A stretch of 62,940 nt of DNA, filler included, from Hyphochytrium catenoides (taxonomy: Eukaryota; Protista; Hyphochytriomycota), in NCBI GenBank assembly GCA_900088475.1. It is 8 parts of 8 records of this genome, joined end to end, with 100 filler letters (N's around TTAATTAATTAA, not from the genome) between each part and the next. Parts side by side here need not be neighbours in the genome. Positions count along the whole stretch, not along the records: positions 16,588 to 41,613 come from FLMG01004043.1; 7 more parts are not named here. The stretch is one strand, 5' to 3'. Of the stretch, positions 26,058 to 38,772 are shown piece by piece. A program made the translations under genes and the position numbers. The notes under the pieces were generated by a model that did not search any database, was not told the origin of the DNA, and was given only the letters and a program-made list of their open reading frames with translations. Within the stretch, counting starts at the first letter, position 1; each line of letters opens with the position of its first letter.

Positions 26058-28196
26058 TTAGTTCTTCTTCTCCTCTTGGACAGTAGTTGATGGTGGTGTC
26101 TCTTCTAATGGCTCTATTGACGCGGCATTTTCCTGGCCGAGCACCTCGCCCTGCTGCTCAACTTCAAAGGTGGCAAAGTCTAGTTCTTCTTCCGCCACAG
26201 ACAGGCCTGCTTCTTTAGACCTGTCTAGGATGCTTGGTTCTCCTGACCCCACACAGCTATCTGAGCTGACCACCGCAGTGCACTCTCGGTCTTCTTCTTT
26301 AGCTTCATCTGATCTCGGAGAGACAATTTGCAGTGGTGTCAAGCTGGGTATGGCTAATCTTCCCTCCCCGTTATCCAGTGACGTGGCACTAGAAGCTGAG
26401 CGTCTCGGATTGTCCAGGTTTCCAACCAGAAATGTTCTAGCTCGATACTGAAAATGGTCGGGGGAGGGAGGGACCGAGTATGAAAAGTATATCAATTATC
26501 TTAGGTCAAGCGAATCCTTCTTTATGCGCTTACCTTTTCTTGAAACTCGTCCTCCCCTCTAGACAAAACGTAGTCCTGATAGCTGGGTTTGAAGTTATGA
26601 TACGCATCCATCACGATATCGTTAACACTCATCACCTATGGGGAGAACGTTAGTAACGTTGATAGGGGAAGCTTCACCAGTGTCGAGGCGCCAAGGTGTC
26701 CTGGACCTACCTCCTTCGCGTTTTCGAGCACGGTTGCTGACGGAATGTGCTCGAACGAGGTCTTGAAGTAAGTTGCGGAGAACGCCACCAAGTGTAGAAC
26801 AGAAAAGATGACCATCTCCAAACAAATAATGAAATCTTCCCATTTTGAGGCCTGTATCATGAAAGTGGTTTGAACATTTTAACCATGCACAAGGGAAGAG
26901 GTCAGTGCTTTTGAGGGAACTTAATACGGAGTATCCGGTTAGACTCTTCCTCAACGTCAACGCTATATCCACGTACCAGCCCGTCTCTGGCCTTCATTCC
27001 TGGGATAACGGAGACCAGTAAGGCTTGCCAATAAGTCATAAACACCACAAGCTTCACTGCGAGAAACTTGCTGACAGGAGAGAAGCCAACTAAATGCTTT
27101 TTGGTTGCTGCATAGATCAGGAAGAGACAGTACAATGCCCAGGTATAAGAGACATTGTAAACGACCAGCAGTAGCAGCTGATATGACAAGGACTCGTAAC
27201 GGTTAACAGCAAGCATTATCAGCGACACGAGCGCAAATAGAGGCTTCACGATGACCTACATGCCAAGATAGACTTAGTGATGTAAAGTAATGTAGAGACA
27301 AAAGAATAGTTATAGACCGGAGGAGGTTGAGAGTAGAACAGGCGAGGTATAAGAGGCTTAATGACCGGAAAACAATGAGTCAATTGCCGTTAAATATGAG
27401 AGACGGTTGGTACACAGAATATATGGCTTGAGGCAGCATGTCAGAAACCGCATGGCAGGCGAAAGCGGCAAGCGGACGAAGCATAGGATCTTAAGCTAGC
27501 ACAAACGCAGAAGAGATGAAAGAAGAGGTGAAGAAGTGGAGGCAGGTCCAGGAATGAGAGATGCGAAGGAAGAGAGAGACGCGGACAGAACTTCCGTAAA
27601 GCACTCACGAATTGAATGACCCCTTTCTTGCAGTTCCGCAGGAAGCGGCCATCTTTGTCCATCGGCTCTAGCCAGCAAAGGGGCCAGGGGTGGTGAAGCG
27701 GGGAGTCATGGATCATCTTATTGACGCATGAGCCCTCTCCGCCCAAGTAAGTGAGGATCAGACTGCGGATAGCCAAAAATTGGAAGAGGAAGACAGAATG
27801 AAGAATGAGCATGCCAATAAGCAATAAGGACGGACGGGCTGAACAGTAAACAACAGCTTACCCCAGGAATAAATAGACCACGAACGCTTCATAACAATCT
27901 CGTATTGTTTCGATGATGGGTCCTATGCTAGGCCAGGCCAAGGATAGCCAGGAGCACACCGCATAAAGTGGAACGACGAAAAGGATGCGGACAATGTACC
28001 GCTGAAGCCCTGGACGCGTGTAGTACTTCAGATGAGTATAGATATTGTAGAAACTAATGGCTGTTGCCGCGCAGGCGGCAATCAGTGCATAGAAGGCAGC
28101 TGAGAAGGAGTCGATCCATAGAAGATTGACCCCTGCGAACTCCGTTAGAGTGGAATTATGACGCTCGTCTCCAAAGGTCGGGATCTGCGGAGCCAT
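26058..28196 (-). CDS. TMEM184 / organic solute transporter alpha-like protein, spliced
   Basis: Motifs 'HLKYYTRPGLQRYIVRILFVVPLYAVCSWLSL', 'IRDCYEAFVVY', 'FLRNCKKGVIQF', 'SKFLAVKLVVFMTYWQ' and 'DFIICLEMVIFSVLHLVAFS'. Confidence 0.92.
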
Positions 28197-29241
28197 CCCA
28201 AAGAAAAAAGGCTACTCCTCGAAGGAGAAAACCTCAATAACTCTGACTCTGAGATGGAATCAGCGTTTCAAAATTGCATAAGCCGCTCAACTTGAGCGTG
28301 ACTTCTCCTTGCGCTCAGCCTCATCATCCGAATAGATGGACTATCCTTTACTTTAGCGCATCAAAGCACGGCTAGGACAGCCAAGTCATCAAACACTTCC
28401 TCCTAGTATGGCTCAATCGTTGATGCCCGTCTATCAGGCCAATCTTTGAAGCTCTGTCCACGGACAATCTCGGAGCTTTCTCTCAATGTGCTCTCTTCAT
28501 CGTCGTCGATAATGTTTTGGGGCTTACTGAACACATACTTCTGGCCTCAACATCGAGACAGAGTACAACTCCCCTAAGTTATCATCCCAGAAGAACTTGT
28601 AGAGCCAACCTTCGCTTCTCAGCTGTGCATTAAACTCGACGCGGGTTCGGTAGCTGAGTCTCTCACACGTTTTGAGCCATTCACACATCTCCCCCCGGAG
28701 TACCGGCTCCAGGGGGTGGTCTATGGCGGACGAAGAGGCGCAACCTTGATGCGTGACTAGAATGACCGATGACAAGGTCTCATCTCATCAACAAGCAGAG
28801 GAAGGCCCATGGTTCATGGTTCATGGTTCATGGTTGTTCAGGGCTTGACTGGGCTATCTACTATGGCGCGGACTTGATGGACACAGTTCCCGGCTTTGAT
28901 AAGTGATGACAAGAGGAGACAAGGGACACAGCATGTGTGAGGTAAGGAACAAGAAGAGCCCAAAACAAAAGACAAGCAACAAGGCTCTTCTTAGAACTAC
29001 GATACAGCCGTCATAGGAACCATCTCCCTACCGGTCCATAACTAATGCTACTTGGCTCGATCAGGCTTTCTAAGGAAGCTAGAAGGTAAATAGGTCGAGA
29101 TCCGGAAAAGGAGGATTGTGGCATCCTGGTAGGTAACTTTAGCCTTTAGTCGCCTCAAGCAAGGCACTTAGTTTGCTAAGACCGTGTCCACAGTCGTAGA
29201 GCTTACAGCAGATTTGCCCTGCGCGCAAAAGCTGTAGCAGC

Positions 29242-30064
29242 ATGGACATTCTCGCCCTTCAAGACCTGCTTAGTCAGCAGCAAGAAGCAGAAGTCGATGA
29301 TGACATCGATAGGGGCCAGGTTTGACATCTAGTCCCTTCAAGGTATACACTAGCTCTGAGTAGAGTACCTAAGAATCATGCTTTATATTATGGTAGTATT
29401 CGCATATGGTCCCTGCGGCCATTCTTCCCTCCAGATCTTCACAAGGTAGGTCCTTTCTGGTTTGCAGGCCCTCAGGCTTCCCCTAGACTGACCTCCTATA
29501 GAGTTTAATAGGCCCATTGGAGCAATTGAAATTGATCCGAAAGCCATATGGCAAGACGACGAAGTCATGCCGGAGGAAGAGGCTTACGATGTTGGGCCAG
29601 ATGGAAGACAACGACCTAGGTGCCGCCTGCCGGGTAGACTATCCTAATACTCTTGACGACTAACTTCATGTGTCCCTTTGCCTGCCCTGCAGCTACGAAA
29701 TATTGTATAAGCAGCAAGTGATGACCGAGGACTTGTTCTTTGGCACTGAGAAGGATCCATCTTCAAATCACTGTGACACATTGGTCGTTAAGATTATCCT
29801 TCCAGGCCACAGATTGAAGGATGTGGACCTTGATGTCAGCAAGCAAAAGCTCGTGGTGCAGTCGGCATCCCAGTAAGTACTCTCACTAAGCAAGCCCACG
29901 GTCCTCATAGAGGTCTTCTAATATTCCTTTGTCATCTCCTCTGCAGCTATTTATCAATTTATTTACCCTATCCCGTTTTTCATGAGGAAGGCAAGGCCAA
30001 GTGGGACCAAGCACTGGAGACGCTATCTGTTGAACTTCGAACAGTCAAAGAAAATTTCCTTTGA
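29242..30064 (+). CDS. DNAAF6: Dynein axonemal assembly factor 6 (PIH1D3-like), 5 exons
   Basis: Spliced product includes 'DPKAIWQDDEV', 'DGRQRP', 'YEILYKQQVMTEDLFFGTEKDPSSNHCDTLVVKIILPG', 'DVDLDV' and 'LPYPVFHEEGKAKWD...LSVEL'. TGA at 30062-30064. Confidence 0.85.
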
Positions 30065-31533
30065 GCTTGCTCATCTTCTGTTAGATGCGGAAGTCTTTGG
30101 CTTACGCTTGCACATTGAGAGCACTTGACTCAGCAACTGGCGGATAAGGATTCAGAGGAGAATATGGAACGAATGACTATAGAGTAGGCGGTCTCGGGGC
30201 TATGGCGGAAATCCCAATACAAAATGGACCTAAGTGAGAGATGAACAACGCCTACTATTACACTGCAGACTGTTGATCAAGCTGTTGCCCTTCGCTGTGT
30301 AGATGAAGGTGGCAGGCGAACACTCCAATAGCTCGAACTTCTTCAATCTATGTATACCAAGCCACTCCTCTTTTTCATAGCTGTAGTTCTCCTTGCTGCT
30401 TTCACCAGCAGACCGGATCTGCGTGTGGTTAGTCTTCCGGCCCTCCCACCCTGTTTCCCCTTATGCATCTTGGCATATAGCAGCGGTATATCATATAAAA
30501 ATTCTCTGTTGAGATGCAATTGCCCTTTTAACCTGTCGACGTTACGATTGCTTTGCACTTTTGTCCCCGTCTTATGGCACCACAAGGATTGGAAAAGTCA
30601 CTTATGCTCAACGTTCAATCCATAAGGGAGTGACTAAAGTGAAAAGCACATTGTAACGCCAGCCAACGTTGCCAAGTACCTGAAGGAGGTTCTACCCAGA
30701 CTATCAAGGCAGAGGCGCACCCCGCCAAACCCCTTCGGCTTTCCTTCATGCAGATTGTCCTGAGGGTCAACGCTAAGTTGTCAGTGGCTATGCTGCTTGA
30801 GTCTATTTGCACTAGATTACGGGGTTGAGAGATGCCTTCATAGCCCTCTTCTCATCTCCGGCCAGGACTGCTTTTTGCGATGATATCCCCTTTGACCTGG
30901 AAAGTCTTCTTCCACAAAGGTCTAGGGTCCAAGGCTTCGGCTTCTCGAATCTGGTCATGGAGAAGGACACATGCTCGTAAGAAGTGGACGTAGACGTATG
31001 GTCCTTCAGAGACTTCATGAAGAATCGAATCCTCTGGAGCTACTACGAGGAAGAAAGAAGTCTCCAGTAACGGATGAGAAGCCACAGGGAGAAAGCACAC
31101 CGTACACGACAAGACTAAGCGAATATGTAAGGATAAGTTGGTTCACAGGGATACGAGGAAAAGCACATGACCAATAGGCATGGGTTACTTTTTAACAACG
31201 GGTCATGGTACTATTCCTTAATGCGACAGAAGGAGGATGCTTCGATGTTGGGGCGACTGTAGGACACGAAGTTACGGTTTGTCAGCAGTTTTCCGGAAGC
31301 TGCAAGAAGAGCTGTCCGAGCTGTTGATGTGGTGCCTGTTATTGCCATCTTCACGGTCTCTGAGGCCCTCCAAGGAAGAGAGAAGAGCAGTCTATCTATG
31401 TCAAGACTTCCAGCGATCATCTATAGAAGGCAGATGCTGCTCTCAAGGAGTGGAAGTGGTGCTGGATGTGCGTGACCTTGTCTAGGGGAGCTTCATCTCG
31501 CTGAACGTTCCGTGAGTCTCTCGTATCTCGGAG

Positions 31534-32883
31534 ATGCAGAGAGTGGTGCATTACATCCATAAGAGGCCCGTCAGGGCTCGGAATGGCCTTGGCGACCTTC
31601 AACACGGATATCCTACCAGAGGTGACAAAGTCGGTTGTGTCCGAAAAAGGCGGCATCCTACGGCAAGCGCAAGGAATTTCGGACATGTGAAGTTCAATAG
31701 AAGCGGGTGCAACGCCTTCAGATCACATGCGGCTCCGCACGGCCCCTTGGCCCTTTCAGCTGGTCATGTCTGCTATAACAGCAACCGAAGACGCTGGGTA
31801 CTGGCAACACTCTCCCTCATGGTTGCATCGACAGGCATAGGCGTCCTAGTACCCCAGGACGACGATGCAGTAGCAGTTTGCTTCTCCGAGGTAGCTGCCC
31901 GGCAAGAAAACGAGCATGATTCTTCGTCCAATGGTGCGCTTAGGGACACTCGACCACTATCGGCAGAACCTGGGCAGACTCAGCCTCAAGGAAGCAACTC
32001 TTGGACTATCAGTTCTAAGCCGCCTCTTGGGGTTGGCGCGTACGGCGAAGTCCGTGAGGGGACCTTATCGCATAATGGAGAACGTGTTGCCATTAAACAG
32101 TCGGAGTTGCACACAGGACAGGCTAAGCACTCAGCAAGGAGAGAGATAGACGCCTTGGGGCTTCTCAAGTCGTATGGGGGCTGTCCACAAATCATAGAGC
32201 TGAAGGACTATCACGAGAATGAGTCCACCGCCTACTTAGTGACAGAGCTTGTGGAGGGATATGACCTGTTAACTTATCTAGAGACGGAGGGAGATTTAAG
32301 TGAGAGAACGGCTGCGCACATTGTCATGGAGGTGGCTCTGGCTTTGGAGTTCATGCACGCACATGGAGTCATACATATGGATATCAAACCCGAGAACATT
32401 ATGCTTAGCAAGCCATCCTCATCGTCGCTCGATGTACTTCCCCATGTCAAGGTTGTCGACTTTGGAAGTGCTCTTCTCTTACAACCGGAGAGCACCGCGA
32501 GTAATGCCGATAGCGATGATAACCCCACCGTACGCCCTCGCGGAACTCTGTCTTATCTACCACCAGAAGCTTTTATAGAAAAAAATTATAGTGCTGCGAT
32601 GGACATCTGGGCGTTAGGTCTAATAATGTGGATGATGTTGGTCATGAGCCATCCCTTTGACAATGCAGAGGAGCTGAGTGAAGAAGAGCTGATAGGAAGG
32701 ATATGTAACGGCCCATTGACAATGAAAGGTAGACGATGGCGGAGAGTTTCGGCAGATGCCAAGGACCTCCTTAGGAAAATGTTAGAACAAGACCCTCAAA
32801 GTAGAGCATCGATAGAGGATGTCCTCACGCATCCTTGGATTCTCCGAAACATAGGGCCAGGAATGCATCCAGCGAAAGGATAG
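31534..32883 (+). CDS. CAMK-group-like Ser/Thr protein kinase, intronless
   Basis: LGVGAYGEV, VAIK, HMDIKPEN, DFG, GTLSYLPPE, DIWALG, and 'W..VSADAKDLLRKMLEQDP..R....VL.HPW'. The N-terminus is basic and followed by a hydrophobic segment. Confidence 0.93.
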   Translation: MQRVVHYIHKRPVRARNGLGDLQHGYPTRGDKVGCVRKRRHPTASARNFGHVKFNRSGCNAFRSHAAPHGPLALSAGHVCYNSNRRRWVLATLSLMVASTGIGVLVPQDDDAVAVCFSEVAARQENEHDSSSNGALRDTRPLSAEPGQTQPQGSNSWTISSKPPLGVGAYGEVREGTLSHNGERVAIKQSELHTGQAKHSARREIDALGLLKSYGGCPQIIELKDYHENESTAYLVTELVEGYDLLTYLETEGDLSERTAAHIVMEVALALEFMHAHGVIHMDIKPENIMLSKPSSSSLDVLPHVKVVDFGSALLLQPESTASNADSDDNPTVRPRGTLSYLPPEAFIEKNYSAAMDIWALGLIMWMMLVMSHPFDNAEELSEEELIGRICNGPLTMKGRRWRRVSADAKDLLRKMLEQDPQSRASIEDVLTHPWILRNIGPGMHPAKG

Positions 32884-33050
32884 AAGCCAAATAGCCATGG
32901 ACCGTGCTGAAAGACGACCATTTCCATCAACCTACTCTCGAGGTCAAAGCAAGATCACAACGGTTTGCCATATGGCGGCACATGCCGTCCAAGCAAAGGC
33001 ACAACATAGATGTAAACTGTGACGGGCAAACATGTCTATGTCTTAATAAG

Positions 33051-33878
33051 CTACTTTGATCGTTCCGAAGCGACGTCCTTGTTGTCTTTACGTTCGCTGA
33101 ACCGGCTAGTGTTATTATTGCGCCCTGTCTGTCGGCCGGTGATGTTTGAGGCTGCGCCATCATTTCGCGAGGAATCCGCGCCAAGGCGCCCAGATTGTCG
33201 TTGTGTACCGGCTTGACTGGCTCCCATCAAACTGGTTCCACCTTCACCATGACGAGAATGGTTCTCTGCAAACTTCTCTGCTTCTGCCAAGTTAATGCCA
33301 TCTGCAAATGACATCTGTGTGCTCTCCGTTGGCACAATGCGACCTACAACGGCATGGGGAACCATTCTTCTAAGAGCATAAGAAAAGAGATTTGTCCACT
33401 CCTGCATCACTTGGTATGTGGCGTTTGTTCCCAAGGAGTGGGATATGGTAGTGAGAGCAGTCTCAGCGTAGACGCTGTACATCCATGGTCTGACGCCTGG
33501 CTTAAGATTATGTGTCTCTCCTAAGCCTCGTAGTCGCATGTCCACTACGGTCAGATTTGATGTGTCAACTGATGTCAGAAAGTCCAAAGCCATGATAAGA
33601 ACATTTCCTTTCTTTGCCATGTCGTCCCCAAAAACGCTCTTAAAAGCATCAGTTCGCTCGTCTAGCCGCTCATAGAAATCGAAGTAAAACGCTATGGCTC
33701 CAGATGTGCCGTTTCGGTCAGTTTTGAGGATGTGTTCCCAGCTCTCTCTGCAGACTCCGACCGTCTCCTCGGTGACAATGGGGTCCATTGGGAATGTTGG
33801 GGGCATATAGTGCTCAACAATCTCATCGTATGTGAGCCCTTCATCCAGGATAATTTGTTGCATTCCATTGGTGGCCAT
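33051..33878 (-). CDS. Single-domain globin (3/3 fold) with low-complexity C-terminal tail, intronless
   Basis: A-helix 'CRESWEHI', B-helix 'FYFDFYERL', CD-region 'FKSVF', F-helix 'LRGLGETHN' (proximal His), 'GVRPWMY', H-helix 'VMQEWTNLFSY'. Confidence 0.8.
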   Translation of the reverse strand: MATNGMQQIILDEGLTYDEIVEHYMPPTFPMDPIVTEETVGVCRESWEHILKTDRNGTSGAIAFYFDFYERLDERTDAFKSVFGDDMAKKGNVLIMALDFLTSVDTSNLTVVDMRLRGLGETHNLKPGVRPWMYSVYAETALTTISHSLGTNATYQVMQEWTNLFSYALRRMVPHAVVGRIVPTESTQMSFADGINLAEAEKFAENHSRHGEGGTSLMGASQAGTQRQSGRLGADSSRNDGAASNITGRQTGRNNNTSRFSERKDNKDVASERSK

Positions 33879-34082
33879 CGCTTCCTTGGAGACTGACTTT
33901 GGATGACCAGAAGCATCCTTTTCCTACAATATTCACCGGTGACGGGGATCATAAGCCATAATGCCAGTAAAAATAACAAGGGAAGTCTTCAAATACCTTC
34001 TGCGCTTTCCCCTCGCTAGACTGGATAGCTCCCATGGTGCTTAGATGGTATCGAGGTTCAAGAGCTACAGACGGGAGGGGTA

Positions 34083-34513
34083 ATGTATGGAACGGGAGAG
34101 TCCTGCCGTAGTAGGAAGAAAATCTTGTACAAAGCTCTTCCTCGTCCTCTTCACAAGATGACGAGGTAAGGAGAGAGGTGGCGTGGTGCCTTAACCTAGA
34201 CTCTCAGGTTTTCCCTGGGTGAAGTATTGATAAGGCTGACACCTGCAGAAGCGGCGCAAGTAGAGCAAGCAATTGACGCGCAGGGGCTAATTCCGCGGTA
34301 AGGAATGCGAGAAATGAGAGTGGGTTGGACCACTAGAAAAGACGAATCGCTACCTGGCCCGGCTTCGAAGCCTTTCTTCTTGCTGCCTAGGTGAGGTTTA
34401 AAAGTAGTATCGCCTTGCACTTTCCATCGAGCACTGTGCAGCCTGACACAGGGAATTAGAGGCATCTGGGAAGACACACTATTCACTCAACAACGCTATC
34501 TGACACTGGCTTA
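34083..34513 (+). CDS. Possible small 3-exon hypothetical protein
   Basis: Two GTAAGG donors (~34166, ~34298) with CAG acceptors give an open product ..KMTRFSLGEVLIRLTPAEAAQVEQAIDAQGLIPRLTQGIRGIWEDTLF... No family recognised. Confidence 0.25.
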
Positions 34514-36234
34514 AGAGGGAAACATTGATACTTGCTTGAGGAAGGGAGGAGGTCGTAGTAGTGACCCTTTGGCCTAATGTTTAGACAGGATCTAGGAAGT
34601 TATAATGGCACTTGTAACTTTCCATATCTCACTGGTAGATGAAGACGATCGCTGTCTCAAGGCCTTAGGCGGCCCTTCAATCAATGAGCGGTGAGTGCTG
34701 ATTCTCCAGCATGAATGGGTCAGTAGTCGCCGGGCAATCTACCGGGAGCAAATGTGTAACATGGTGCTCACCTCATCTCCTCCATTATGAAACCACTGCT
34801 TCTAACAAGATTGCTATTGACTGAATGGCTGGGTCAATAAGGGTAACCGCTTCATTCGTCCTATTAGACTTGGACCTGGTCTTCTGCTAGGCCGTCAAAG
34901 GAACCAAACCACCGAGCACCAACATTGTTGGGCCTTGGAAAATCACCTCCCCCGAGTGTCGCTTCAACAACTGGATGGTACATAGATGCTGCGTCACCAG
35001 AGCAAAAGTACAAGTAGTATAACCCAGATACCTAGGAGATGTTACTGCCGCCTGTCTCGTTCGGGCTCCTAACCCGTGAACCTCACAGCAGGGAGAAAGT
35101 GGTGGTGACAATCCTGTTTCTTCTCGTCCTCCTCCTCATGATGAAGACCTTCTGTATAAGTATGAAAGCACTAACATAATCAGTCAATGTCTTGCACTAC
35201 TGTTGGGACAGGGTTGGTGGGCGGTTACTACTTCTTTGTAATGCATGTGTTTCCTTGGTTAGCGTTACCGTTTCGACAGCTCTTCTACTACAAGTCCTTG
35301 GAGTGAAAGGTTCTTTTCCTTCTATTATACAGGAGGGTGTGCTATAACAGAAATGTTCCCAAATGTTCATCATGTAAACTTTAACCTACTAACGACGCCA
35401 GTACCCTCACATCCGACTGAACTGGAAACGACCCTTTGTCCAAGTAGCTTGGAAGACTCAGTCTGGGAGGAGGCAGGGAAGGCTGGAGAACAACAGGAGA
35501 AGAGGAGAAATACATAGTAGGTATTGACTCTTGACCGAACTGCCTAAATCTATACTACCATCCTCTTTCACACTACTGCCTCCGCCATGAAGAGAAGACC
35601 ACCTGTAAGAAACGGATCCTATTTCTGAAGACTCCTGTTTCCTCTTCACAAGCGCTTCTAGTACTGCTGGTCCCACTCCGTAACACTAAAATTCGTCGTG
35701 TAACAACCTCCTTCTTCCTTCTTCGTTATCATTATTCGAAGCGGCTGTAATGCATTACTCATCCCTGCGACACTCATCAGAGGATTACGGTGGAGTACTA
35801 CTGCCTTTTACTATGCGTATTATCACTACCTCTCTATGGGTCTTTTCCGGTCTTGACTTGCGAGGTAGTTACCATCAGATTTGTCCTCGTTTAGCTCTCC
35901 TTTGAACGTTCCAGTGATGATATCTCATAGACCTCTAGATCAAAGGCTAGTTCTTCAAGCGGCGATGATAGAACAATAGTCGCCAGAACGGAGCAGGATC
36001 CTACTTGCTGCTGATGACTTAGCTCATCATGGTGGTTTGCCTGTTGGAAGAGAAGTTGACGTCTGTCTGCAAGGAGGCCAACCCTTTGAGCAAGGCAGCA
36101 AGAACGAACCGCTTTCGTATGACAAGGTCTTCGTTCTCGACATATGGTTCACCAGAAGGACGGATCGCATGAACTTGTATGATAGCACCGCAGCAACAAA
36201 AGCTGCAGCTTCAGCGTATCTTTGAATTATGTAG

Positions 36235-36602
36235 TGAAGATTGAAGAGCTCTACGGCTACTCTTCTCTTTATGTTTCTCCTTCTTCCGTTTCTGTTTCCC
36301 GCTTCCATCTCCTCCCAAATCGCCTGAACTTTATCTTCGTTATTATTCTTTCTCATCATTGTCTTTTTCCTCCTTTAAGCTAGGACAACTCTCATGAAGA
36401 AGATGAGGAATGTGGTGAAGAATGAGGAGGTCTACGGCTACCCTTCACTTTATGTTCCACATTTTTCCGCTTCTGTTCCCGCTTCCGTCTCCTCATCCCA
36501 AATTGCCTCAACCTTATCTTCCTTATTCTTTCTCATCATCATCGTCTTTCTCCTCCTTTAAGCTAGAACAACTCTCAATGAAGAAGATGAAGAATGTTGT
36601 GG
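36235..36602. repeat. Degenerate tandem duplication, period about 180 bp
   Basis: 'tctacggctac..tttatgtt..cccgcttcc..ttctttctcatcat..ctcctttaagctag.acaactctc.atgaagaagatga.gaatgt' occurs twice head to tail. Confidence 0.85.
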
Positions 36603-38772
36603 TCATAGGGCCAGTAAGTAAAATCAGAATCAGAGGAGGAGAAGCGAAGGCAGGAGCTACTACAAAGTCTTGGTGTCTTCTTTCCTTCCCTGTAGTCTCC
36701 TTAACGAAGGACTTTCGGGATATGCACTCGGGTCTGAGTTTCCATCCATGTTAGTTCTTGGTGCAGATTTTCATCTTTCATTCCTCCTTCTGGTGGTACA
36801 AGTACCGGTTCTATCTACCTTCCCTAATAATCCAGCTGGGCTGGATTACGCCTTACCATGGGCGAGCCAGCGGCGAGCCGCCCGTATCTTATGAGTCCTA
36901 CCTCTTGGGCTTTGGTGATGGAGTGATGTCTCTCCCGGCCATGCTTTGCCATACAGTCTCCACACAAAGGTTGTGACGTGTTACCGCCAAGACGTTTAGT
37001 GTGACAGAATGACAAGCTGTTGACACTCATAAGCAGAAGGTTTGGACCGAATTGCCTGGAAGGAGACTCGAGTATCACCAAATCGACCCAGCCATTGTAT
37101 GACAGAATGACAAACATTGGACAAGACGCAGACAGACACTGAGCTCATAAGCCTCAAACCTTTGGCCACTCCCTTTCCACACGCATCAGCCTGTTGCCTA
37201 AACTGGGCTCGCCCACCTCAGGTGGGCTCGCAATTAAATATTATTATAAGGGTTCTGATTCCTACTAGTAGTAGGAAAAAGGATCGGACCGCTGCTATAG
37301 ACCACCAGTAGTACTTGTACTACGAAGAACTGCAACAACTGGTGGTTATCACTCAGTAGTAGTAAATTTATAAAAGAAGAGATAGAAATGAGCATTCACG
37401 ACTCTTCGAAAGGCGGGCTGCTCCGAGGAAGTGAACTTGTGTCCAAAGACTGTGCCCGGCAGCAGGTGGTGCTGGGCAGCAGCCCACAACCTTGGGAATG
37501 AACGTGCCATTCTTCTTGGGGGGATTACTGAAGACGTCCGTTATAGTGAAGGTTTGTAGTTGTGGTGTTGTCCCAGTAAAGTCGACTGTATGCGCACTCC
37601 AAGTACCCCACAAGTCAGTGCTTTGGGAAATGCCGTCAAGGGTGCGCACCTTTGTGGTAACTGTTTCTCCCCTTCTCTATAGCGTTGTGCCAGCAGTGAG
37701 TTTATCAGGGTTATAGCTTCTCTTCATTGCCCAAAGGCCCTTTACGTGCGGACAAGGGCGCAACAACTGTCTGACTGTTGTTACGAAATTTCGGAAGCCC
37801 AAGTCTCCTCCAATGAGACGCCAGCACGTCAAGTCTTGTCACACACACCACACACCACTACTCATCCCAGTCATTGATGGTATGGCCACCACCCCGTTTC
37901 CATCATCAGACCAGCAGGTAGTAGCCAGCAGTCAGAGCGACAGCGATCCGCAGCATCTGGGAAGGAACCTTTTGTCTCTTTCGATCTCGTTGTCCTTGCA
38001 GGCGACGAAGAGAAGATTGGGAGGAGAGGTGTATTACTCTCTTGATGTTGGTCATCATCGGTGGTGCCTTGTGTAGGATGAAAACCCCACAGCAGACAAA
38101 GACACTCTCCTCCTGCATCCGGGTCGGTAAGTCCCACTATGATGCCAGCAGGATCCTTTTTTCACGTTTGAGATCCAAAGCTCTGGACATGAGATTGAAA
38201 AGGAACAGAACACTCACTTCAAAAATAGACAACACCGAACCAGCAGCCCACGCTCTCATGAAACCCACTGAGTTCGAAAAGGTTACCAATCACCACTTCC
38301 CGTAGGCGATGAAAGGACGATTGGAGTACAATCTTTCCCTGACTAGCCCATTGTACGTCTGTGCCTACATATATCGCCGTCCAAGTTTTCTGACGGTGCT
38401 CAAGCTGAGAGGAGCCACTGGCGAAATATTCAGGGAGTCACTGGCGGGATATTCGGACTGTTGCTCTTAGTGACAGTAGCGCTCCTCGTAAAGCCGACGA
38501 AGGTAGAAGTAGCCGATGATGTTGCGGACTCGTTACCTTTCTGAAGGATAACCTGACGGAAGCTCTCTTTACTACTAAGGAGAATTGGTGATGAGTATAG
38601 AAGCTCTTCTGCAGGAGCTAACTAAGTCTGTGAGAAGGAAGGAAAGAATCACGAGAGGCAGAGGAAGGAGAGTGGGTGAGGGTGCGTCTCTGAGTCATAG
38701 TAAAGTATTCAAGGTCATACCAGAGTACGGCGTGAAGAGGTCTTTTTTCTTGCCTGCTTAGGTCACAGGACC

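Noticed and set aside
28808-28835. (CATGGTT)x4 as telomeric or CRISPR-like repeat
   Set aside because: Only four adjacent 7-mers with no spacers; a simple minisatellite.
30200-31480. Gene between DNAAF6 and the kinase
   Set aside because: Several exon-like pieces on both strands, but no consistent reading frame.
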